In this document: positions 40,412 through 47,755 of the stretch, one piece after another
Position numbering within the stretch: the stretch's first letter is position 1
Layout: each line of letters begins with the position of its first letter
IMG/VR virus record: IMGVR_UViG_3300023184_003282
Span: 1 to 47,755 of that record
Length of the DNA: 47,755 bases
Origin: a virus
Taxonomy: Duplodnaviria > Caudoviricetes
Direction: 5' to 3' (one strand)
The notes under the pieces: model-generated
The model's input: the letters and a program-made list of their open reading frames with translations, nothing else
Databases searched by the model: none
Told to the model about the DNA's origin: nothing
Position numbers and translations under genes: made by a program

Positions 40412-41173
40412 ATGAATTACTCATTCACACTTTTAAATTCATCAATGACTATCGGGGATAGTTTATCTGCAATAAATGATAATAGCCTAATTCTCGATGA
40501 ATGGTTATTTAATATAAGATTGAGTTCATCTAATTATTGGGAACCATTTATAAATTATTATGCGAATACATATAAAGATTGGGATCGTGTAATAACTATT
40601 GCTAATAATAATGTTGATAGATGGAAAAGCGTTTCAACATTTATAGAAACACAAAGTTCTTTTTTTATAGAACCTATAACATTATTATATCCAACGCTAT
40701 TTTTAGATTCAGATAGCAATATAATTAAAACCATAACAACTTGGGTTAATACTCATTACCCAATAATCTCAAATGAAACCGAAAACGTTAATTATGTAGA
40801 AGGTCAAAAATTAATAGTTTATTATATAAAAACTATAGAAAAAAACCGAGCTAATACAACACGTAATTTTTCAGATAATACAACTTGTATTACAGCGGAC
40901 GATTCAACTGCCGTTACTTGCATCAAAGAGTATACGGGATATTTTGATAAATGTAATTGGAATTGTGCAGATCATACACAAAGGATTTCAAATTCATTTA
41001 AATGGGAATGTGGATTTGAAGATGGTGTCGATGGTGGGAAGAAACAGAAAAAATATAGTACTAAAATTGCAGCTAAACTTATTTATATGTTTGATGATGT
41101 ATATGAAACAGATCCAATTCCAGTTTATTATAAAGTTAGTAACTGTAAATGGTCATTGATTAATTCAATATGA
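40412..41173 (+). CDS. Putative short fibre protein, paralog 2 (Cys-rich)
   Basis: Motifs IGDSLSAINDN...S.F..PI..LYP...WV..HYP...EGQK. Confidence 0.6.
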   Translation: MNYSFTLLNSSMTIGDSLSAINDNSLILDEWLFNIRLSSSNYWEPFINYYANTYKDWDRVITIANNNVDRWKSVSTFIETQSSFFIEPITLLYPTLFLDSDSNIIKTITTWVNTHYPIISNETENVNYVEGQKLIVYYIKTIEKNRANTTRNFSDNTTCITADDSTAVTCIKEYTGYFDKCNWNCADHTQRISNSFKWECGFEDGVDGGKKQKKYSTKIAAKLIYMFDDVYETDPIPVYYKVSNCKWSLINSI

Positions 41174-41916
41174 GAACGATAACACATGAAATAAAAAAAG
41201 AAGAATGTGTAGGTGATTCTATATCTAAACATAATTTTAATTTTTTAATATTAGATACATTTATTTGTAATATTTCATCTTCATTTTTTAATACGACAGA
41301 AAACTTTAAAAAATATTTTGATATGTTTAATACCAAAATACCTTCATATGAAAAAGCATATATAGATTTTAATAGTAAACAAATGTTTAGATATGATTTA
41401 GTATATTCTACTGTAGATTTAGTAAGTTCTTTTTGGTGTAAAAATGAATTTTCAATCGTTTTAAATTTTAATATAAGTAAAGACTATAAAAATGAATTTA
41501 CAAATGCATATTTAAAACCAAAATATGCAAAGGATTTTGAAACACAAAGAAAACATATACAAGAATTTTTAACTGTTAATTTTCCAGCATCATCATTTTA
41601 TTCTAACGCTATAGCAAACGTAATAGTATTTTATAATACAGTTATAAGCGACAATACTATAGAATTATTAAGATCTACAATAGAGGGGGAGTGGAAAGAA
41701 AGTAATAACAATCAAGAAATTCAATTAATAACTGTAAATATGTCTAAAATTGATGTATCGTTGTCGGGTATGAATGTTTTTAAATTTGAAAATTCTAATA
41801 AAAAAATAGGTTGGAATTTAGATAAATTATATCCAAGTTTAACTGAACAAAAATTAAGACTTAGAATCGGACAAATTTCTAATCAACTGGGGTCGGGGAT
41901 AAATAGTATGGATTAG
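41170..41916 (+). CDS. Putative short fibre protein, paralog 3
   Basis: Motifs ECVGDSISKHNFNF..LD...TV..VSSFW...FL..NFP. Confidence 0.6.
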   Translation: MRTITHEIKKEECVGDSISKHNFNFLILDTFICNISSSFFNTTENFKKYFDMFNTKIPSYEKAYIDFNSKQMFRYDLVYSTVDLVSSFWCKNEFSIVLNFNISKDYKNEFTNAYLKPKYAKDFETQRKHIQEFLTVNFPASSFYSNAIANVIVFYNTVISDNTIELLRSTIEGEWKESNNNQEIQLITVNMSKIDVSLSGMNVFKFENSNKKIGWNLDKLYPSLTEQKLRLRIGQISNQLGSGINSMD

Positions 41917-41931
41917 TAAATTTATAAAATC

Positions 41932-42378
41932 ATGGAAATAGAAATAATTAAATATAAAGAAAATAAAGATTTTACTATTAATTTTGCAAAAATATTAAAC
42001 TCTACACTACAAAATATAAAACTATTACATTGGTATTCATCAGATATTAATATTCATAATATATTTGATGAATTATACTCATCACTTAATAAAAAATTTG
42101 ATCGTCTTCAAGAGGAAATAATAGAAACATCAAAAAATCAAAATATTACATTCCCTAGTTTTAATTTTGAACTTTTTAATATTAATATAGAATATATAAC
42201 AGAAAACGAAATTAAAAATATTTTTAATAGTATTATTTCAAAATTTTTAAACGTATTAAATTCTATGGAATTTAATAATTATATCAAAACCGTAAATTCT
42301 GGATTATTAAATACTAAAGATGAGATATTATCAAGTATTAATAAATCAAAATACTTAATTTCGATGGTTAAAATATAG
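41932..42378 (+). CDS. Dps/ferritin-like four-helix protein
   Basis: LLHW....IHNIFDELY.....FDRLQE matches the Dps H-W...H...D...E ferroxidase pattern; EIL..INK.KYL C-terminal helix. Confidence 0.75.
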   Translation: MEIEIIKYKENKDFTINFAKILNSTLQNIKLLHWYSSDINIHNIFDELYSSLNKKFDRLQEEIIETSKNQNITFPSFNFELFNINIEYITENEIKNIFNSIISKFLNVLNSMEFNNYIKTVNSGLLNTKDEILSSINKSKYLISMVKI

Positions 42379-45300
42379 AATATTTATAATTTATATATTT
42401 ATATAATTCATCTTTTTCAATATTATTTAATACCCTAGAATATAAAATTATTTCAGATATTTCACATGAAGATTTAAATAATCCATTCAAATAAGAACCA
42501 ACGAAAAGTCCTTTATTTGAGTAAACATTAGTGGTTAGAATATTATCGGAGCTATTAATCAAATTACCGTCAATATAAGAAAAACAACTAGAATCTTTAA
42601 ATTCAAATTCAAATATATGTGGCGATGTTAAATTAACGGATAGCGTTTGACTATTTAAATCTACTTGTTTTAGTTCCGCTATATTTCCAAATGAAAATCC
42701 AAAAGTATTTGATGATATGGATAGAGTTAAAGCAGAAGAGGTTAATGGTATAGTATTACTAATATTATCACCAAACGAAACCATACATTCTACGAGAGGA
42801 ACCGAATAATTATATGATTTACCAATAACTATGAATGTTAATTCGTTTAAATTAAGATCATATGTATTCTTCATAACATCTGTAGTAGAACTGAGATTAA
42901 ATACAACAGATGGTAATTCATTTATACCTAAATGTTTATATTTTGGAATTCCAGAATACACAAATAAATCTTTTCCAAAATCAGAAGATTGATTTAACCA
43001 CTTAACAACTTTTTCTCCATCCGTTGCATCAAGGTTTAATGTATCATTAGATAATACACCGTAATCAGATGAAAACCATAGTTCAAGATTTTGTATATCT
43101 TTTGGTGTTAATTTTTTATATAATCCATAATCATTTCCGAATATATCCATTTTCCACTTATTAAGTTTACCAGCGTCAACCAACAATTTATTTTTTCTAG
43201 ATATAAAAACTTCTTTGGTTAATTCTTTTCTATATGTTAATGGGAAAGAATTTTCTTCGGTCCATATAGCAGGAATTTCAGGATTCCAAAATTTAAAATT
43301 ATCATCTTGCCTCGATAATCCATAATTATTCTTTACATCAATCTCGTATGATGTTTGATATGGAATCATTTTTTGATTTTCCAATGTATTAATAATAGTT
43401 CCTGATTTTTCAGCACTACTATATGGTTCCATAATCCAACTATTATCTATACTATCAATTTTTACTATAGTTTTTTGATCCTTTTTAGTTAGTCCTCTAT
43501 TTCTAGGTCCATATTTTTCTAAATTAAAATAAAATCTTTCTAAATTTGAATTATCGATGGAATCTAATGATTTATTATCTATTGATATATTATAACCCCT
43601 ACCGCGATAATACGAAACCCCTAAATTATGAGGTAATAAATATTCACCCGTATCTTTAATTTTTACTAGATCATATGGTAACGGAATCGTAGCAATTGTT
43701 GGGAAGTGAGTATTTAGAATATTTTTATATGGACTTGTCGGTTCGATTACAACACCAGTATTATATATATAAAATGAATCTAAACATTTATTTTTTATAT
43801 TTAGCCCTTGTTCATATGTAAAAAAATTCCTACTATAATAATTATATCTTACTGGTTTATATGAACTATATCCCTCTAAAATTAAATCACTGGGTTGATC
43901 GGATTCTATAACTATTCCGTCTAAATTTTGTTTATTTAATATATCTTCTAAGTTTGATATATCTTTTTTAAAGATGAGTTTATTCCATACATAATTATTA
44001 TCAATATCAAAACATTTTAAAGGTTGAGTCCAAATTAATTCAGATTGATTATTTCTTACGTATTCTATAACACATCCATTATCTATATAAATATCAGAAA
44101 CATTGGGTTGCTGTATAGGTAGATAGTCATCTATAAATTTTATTTTACCACCAAATGATGCAGTTTCTTTATTGAAATTATTAATTTCATTTGGTGAAAT
44201 CTGAACCTCACCCCAATATGGTTTAGCACCATATTTATCACCGGTATTAAAACTAGAAAAATTATGGTTTTCATAATCCCAACCGTTCAGTTTAATATTA
44301 ATACTAAAAGAAATGGAACTATATGAAAAATCTATACCAGTATTATTTAAAGAATAATATGATATATTAGATCTATGAATATAAGCAAGATAATCTCCAG
44401 GAGATAAAACCATATCAGATATTTCTAAATTACCAATCTCGTCATAACATTTTATCCAAGACCCAAAAGAATCTCTTTTAGCTTTGTACCATATCGGAAT
44501 AATTGGAATTGACCCACAAAGTCTCATACTCATATAACTGATGAATGAATTTATATCACCATCACCATAATCTAAATATTTCTGAAGATTGAAATAATTA
44601 GAATATGTTGATGACATATATTCCATAATATCCGTATTATAAGATTTTAATCCAATATCGACAGTATAAAAAGTTATTTTTTGATCTTGTTTTTTTAAAT
44701 TTTCTATTTCTTTTTTTACTAAAGTATTAACATCAATAAAAAATTGATCTATAAATATTTTTAACTCGTTTTTAGCTTCTAAAATATCGGATAATGATTT
44801 TTTTAATATTAATTGTTCCGATTGTAACTTATTTGATGTATTTATAAAATATGTATTATCAACATTAGAATTTATTGATTTTGAAATAGTTAAATTGCTT
44901 TTAGAAGTATTTAACATATTTTTTAAATCATCGATTTTATTATTAATTATTCCAAGTTCATTATCATTATAAAGTAATGATACATCAGTTTGATAATTTA
45001 TATTTTTAATAAAATCATTTAACGTACTTTTATACGAATCTAAAAACTCTTCTATATATGTTTCAGTAGACCCTCCAATTACTTTTTCGTATAGTGAATA
45101 TGAAGAAGTAATAAAATTCAATGTGGATTGTATTATAGATTTTAACTCACTAATTGTTTTAATTGAACTTAAGTTTTGGGAAATATCCGAAAGGTGATTA
45201 ATTATTTTTTTTGTTTCTTCCGCTCTAACGTTAATGATGTTGACGCTTTCGCTTTTTCCCGTGATTCTGTTGCTTTTTCCCGTTGTGTATGTGTTAGTCA

Positions 45301-47755
45301 ACCTCAAAAGATTTTCATTCCATTTTTTTATAATATCATTTAATTTGTTTTCGAATGGTTTAATGTAATCATCTATAGTTTTTTGTACTGTTTGTAGCTG
45401 TGAAAGTTCAGTATTATATGATAATATTTCGTTTTCTAGTTTTTCAAGTTCTTGGTTTTGCTTTTGGGTTGCAATTAAGTAATCATCTTCTTCCTTTAAA
45501 GTTAAATTAATATCAACTTGAATTGAATTTAATTTATTTTCAAGATATGAAATACTATCATCATAGAGGTAATCAATATTATTTTTGTCTTTTGTTCGTG
45601 CGCCTTCGACGTAACCATCACTGAAAAATAATATTTTTTTGGGTTTATTAGTCTGTGGGACGTTGAAATATTTATTCCCTAATGCAGAATCATAGATTTT
45701 AAAATTTAAATTACTACATAAATCTTTAATAGTATCCGTCGATTCACGATCAATTATAGTTTCTGTTAAAATTTTATTTGCTAATACTAATGCTTTAGTT
45801 ATATCAGTTTCAGATAAATAAGGTTCATCTGGTATAAAAATACTATCAATACTTAATAATAATGAATTTTTATTTTTAGATAAAAATGAAACATTGTTAG
45901 CTTCAAATCCAAATGTAATTATTCCTATTTGTATATTTTCAAATGTATTGTTAGTTAATAAATTATCTATTATTTTTTTAACACAGTTTTTAGTGGTTTG
46001 TAAATTTAATGATTGACTTTTACTACGATCTATTACTATAACTAAATCGAATCCATCATTTAGTGTAAGTAATCCATTTATTTTATTATATTTATATATA
46101 GTAATTAAATAAGGAGTATCGGAGGAATCAGTACGCAAGGTACTTCTATAATAAGTATATCTTCTACCAGTTTTTAAAACCATTTTTGAACCGTTTCCGG
46201 TTTTCCAACTCCCACTACCCCAACCAACATGTATATCATTTTTTGAATTTTTATCTAATTTATAAAAAGAAAATTGAGGACTGTTTTTATATGTTAAATT
46301 TCTCGTATCAGCCCATCCCTTCAAATTGAAATCTTCACCCATACCATCCGGATCGGCAAACAAATAATCCGCCATCCCATTATAATCTGTAACTAATTCA
46401 CCCGAATGACCTATTGGGGAATATTGTAATGCTTTACAATTACATTTTTGCCAGTATTTTATATCGGACAATGGGTTTGCATTTTGATAATCTTGATCTG
46501 AATAATAATCATATGGTCCATTTTTAACATATGGACATGATGGTAAATGTTCCGTATTATTAAATACATCGTCAGCATATGTATCCTCATCCATCCATAT
46601 AAATGATTTTTTTTCAGATGGATCTATCTTTATAGATAATGCGGGTTGTATGGGTCCATCAAAATACTCGGCACACTTTGTGGCATTACCATCATATATT
46701 TTTATGGGGTTTACTTCAGTATCAAGTCTAGATATTGGAGCAGATCCCAACCAAGCGGCCTCGATGGGATCTGAATTTTTTGTATTTAGCTTATATATAA
46801 CATCCCCAGTTTGAAAATCTAATCCAGCAACAGCACCCGACATCGTTTTAGCTATATTTATTTCTGATAAATATATAGGGTTGGAATGATCCAATCCTAT
46901 TGTTAATTTTATATCTGGATTTTCGCTATAATTTTGAAGAGGCCAGTATATATTATTTATACCATCTCGAATAATAATATCCGTTTTATCAAATTTATAT
47001 AAATATGCTTGCTTAACTTCACCAAAAGTATATTCATCATAATTAGCTAATTTATTATAAGTTTTTACTTTTTTTATTATATTATCAGCAGTATCTGAAA
47101 AAGTATCAGCATATGCTCCATTAGATATTAAAGTTGTATTATTTAAATATATTGAATTGCATGAGGAGGTTGGTAGAATTCCCGTAAAGTAATCGGTTAA
47201 AATTTGTTCTTTATTATTGGAGTCGAAACGATTTAATAAAAAATTATTCTCATCTGTCAATTTATATTCATTAAATTTTGATGTTTTTGGTGAAAATCCA
47301 ACTCCGGGATATGGAAAAATAAATTCTTTAGTATCAGAACTACCGATACGACATATCATTTCCCTTTTTTCAGTTTTTGTATTATGAACACCTCTCAGCC
47401 AAGCTCCTTCAACAACACCAGACTTATCAGTAAAGATTAAATCCGAGTTCGTATATGAATCTCCACCCGTTGCGCCAGATTGAATTAAATTCGAATCATT
47501 TAATAATATTTCTGAATATAAATTATTAAAAATGGAATCATTAAGAATTCGATCACCACTAGGAAAATAAAACCAATTATTTCCAGTATTTAAATCTAGA
47601 TTTATAAATTTATCATAAAGTTCGACATCTTTTAATTTCACAGCTGTTAATCCATATACAGATTGTCCTAAATATTTTTTTGAAGATTCATTTAAATTTA
47701 TAAAATTCAAAGCTTTAATGTTATATTCAGAAATACTTGTTATGTTTGGAATATC
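42368..47755 (-). CDS. Giant putative virion/adhesin protein (5'-truncated) with a vWA domain, an inserted coiled coil and a C-terminal LamG-like domain
   Basis: The frame stays open to the window end (DIPNITSISEYNIKALNF...). MIDAS motifs DLVIVIDRSKSQS, TDITKAL and ILFFSDG; C-terminal LELWF.SD...V.KW..QS...EISEIILYSRVL...YINYKY. Confidence 0.75.
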   Translation of the reverse strand, partial: DIPNITSISEYNIKALNFINLNESSKKYLGQSVYGLTAVKLKDVELYDKFINLDLNTGNNWFYFPSGDRILNDSIFNNLYSEILLNDSNLIQSGATGGDSYTNSDLIFTDKSGVVEGAWLRGVHNTKTEKREMICRIGSSDTKEFIFPYPGVGFSPKTSKFNEYKLTDENNFLLNRFDSNNKEQILTDYFTGILPTSSCNSIYLNNTTLISNGAYADTFSDTADNIIKKVKTYNKLANYDEYTFGEVKQAYLYKFDKTDIIIRDGINNIYWPLQNYSENPDIKLTIGLDHSNPIYLSEINIAKTMSGAVAGLDFQTGDVIYKLNTKNSDPIEAAWLGSAPISRLDTEVNPIKIYDGNATKCAEYFDGPIQPALSIKIDPSEKKSFIWMDEDTYADDVFNNTEHLPSCPYVKNGPYDYYSDQDYQNANPLSDIKYWQKCNCKALQYSPIGHSGELVTDYNGMADYLFADPDGMGEDFNLKGWADTRNLTYKNSPQFSFYKLDKNSKNDIHVGWGSGSWKTGNGSKMVLKTGRRYTYYRSTLRTDSSDTPYLITIYKYNKINGLLTLNDGFDLVIVIDRSKSQSLNLQTTKNCVKKIIDNLLTNNTFENIQIGIITFGFEANNVSFLSKNKNSLLLSIDSIFIPDEPYLSETDITKALVLANKILTETIIDRESTDTIKDLCSNLNFKIYDSALGNKYFNVPQTNKPKKILFFSDGYVEGARTKDKNNIDYLYDDSISYLENKLNSIQVDINLTLKEEDDYLIATQKQNQELEKLENEILSYNTELSQLQTVQKTIDDYIKPFENKLNDIIKKWNENLLRLTNTYTTGKSNRITGKSESVNIINVRAEETKKIINHLSDISQNLSSIKTISELKSIIQSTLNFITSSYSLYEKVIGGSTETYIEEFLDSYKSTLNDFIKNINYQTDVSLLYNDNELGIINNKIDDLKNMLNTSKSNLTISKSINSNVDNTYFINTSNKLQSEQLILKKSLSDILEAKNELKIFIDQFFIDVNTLVKKEIENLKKQDQKITFYTVDIGLKSYNTDIMEYMSSTYSNYFNLQKYLDYGDGDINSFISYMSMRLCGSIPIIPIWYKAKRDSFGSWIKCYDEIGNLEISDMVLSPGDYLAYIHRSNISYYSLNNTGIDFSYSSISFSINIKLNGWDYENHNFSSFNTGDKYGAKPYWGEVQISPNEINNFNKETASFGGKIKFIDDYLPIQQPNVSDIYIDNGCVIEYVRNNQSELIWTQPLKCFDIDNNYVWNKLIFKKDISNLEDILNKQNLDGIVIESDQPSDLILEGYSSYKPVRYNYYSRNFFTYEQGLNIKNKCLDSFYIYNTGVVIEPTSPYKNILNTHFPTIATIPLPYDLVKIKDTGEYLLPHNLGVSYYRGRGYNISIDNKSLDSIDNSNLERFYFNLEKYGPRNRGLTKKDQKTIVKIDSIDNSWIMEPYSSAEKSGTIINTLENQKMIPYQTSYEIDVKNNYGLSRQDDNFKFWNPEIPAIWTEENSFPLTYRKELTKEVFISRKNKLLVDAGKLNKWKMDIFGNDYGLYKKLTPKDIQNLELWFSSDYGVLSNDTLNLDATDGEKVVKWLNQSSDFGKDLFVYSGIPKYKHLGINELPSVVFNLSSTTDVMKNTYDLNLNELTFIVIGKSYNYSVPLVECMVSFGDNISNTIPLTSSALTLSISSNTFGFSFGNIAELKQVDLNSQTLSVNLTSPHIFEFEFKDSSCFSYIDGNLINSSDNILTTNVYSNKGLFVGSYLNGLFKSSCEISEIILYSRVLNNIEKDELYKYINYKYSIF

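Noticed and set aside
45251-45284. 12-bp direct repeat gctttttcccgt
   Set aside because: It encodes TGKS twice within the coiled-coil insert and is too short to support a mobile-element or target-site-duplication claim.
1-47755. Stop-codon reassignment
   Set aside because: Genes are full-length and densely packed in the standard code; TAA, TAG (27412, 41914) and TGA (14992, 39547) all end genes.
1-47755. tRNA, rRNA, intron or intein
   Set aside because: Intergenic gaps are all short, no cloverleaf was seen, and the conserved genes (gp23, gp21, gp44, gp6) are uninterrupted and of ordinary length.

Overview
This very AT-rich, gene-dense window is a fragment of a large T4-like (myovirus) phage genome, read in the standard genetic code. 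From left to right it holds: the 3' part of a repeat-rich tail-fibre gene; a nine-gene cassette of glycosyltransferases, methyltransferases and a sulfotransferase; a second fibre gene whose last ~450 bp are ~97% identical to the first; a tail-fibre chaperone; and a 1419-aa RCC1/BLIP-II repeat protein. The head genes follow (gp13, gp4, gp21, gp67-like, gp22, gp23 plus terminator), then a nuclease-less homing-endonuclease remnant, a probable small terminase, a gp44-like clamp loader and baseplate genes gp25 and gp6. The right half is a long run of giant putative baseplate/adhesin proteins (PKD, NHL propeller, LamG, vWA), a DUF1360-like membrane protein and a Dps-like protein. Four signals stand out: (1) the 28 RCC1 repeats parse as one hub propeller with three 7-repeat satellite propellers inserted into it, with hypervariable codons in a DNA-homogenised framework; (2) the glycan-modification cassette is bracketed by duplicated fibre tips; (3) domain-in-domain nesting recurs in the giant virion proteins, including an unnamed split module shared by two of them; (4) the virion proteins are Cys-rich and lie next to a CxxC membrane protein. 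All family calls come from motif recognition by eye; no database search was run.
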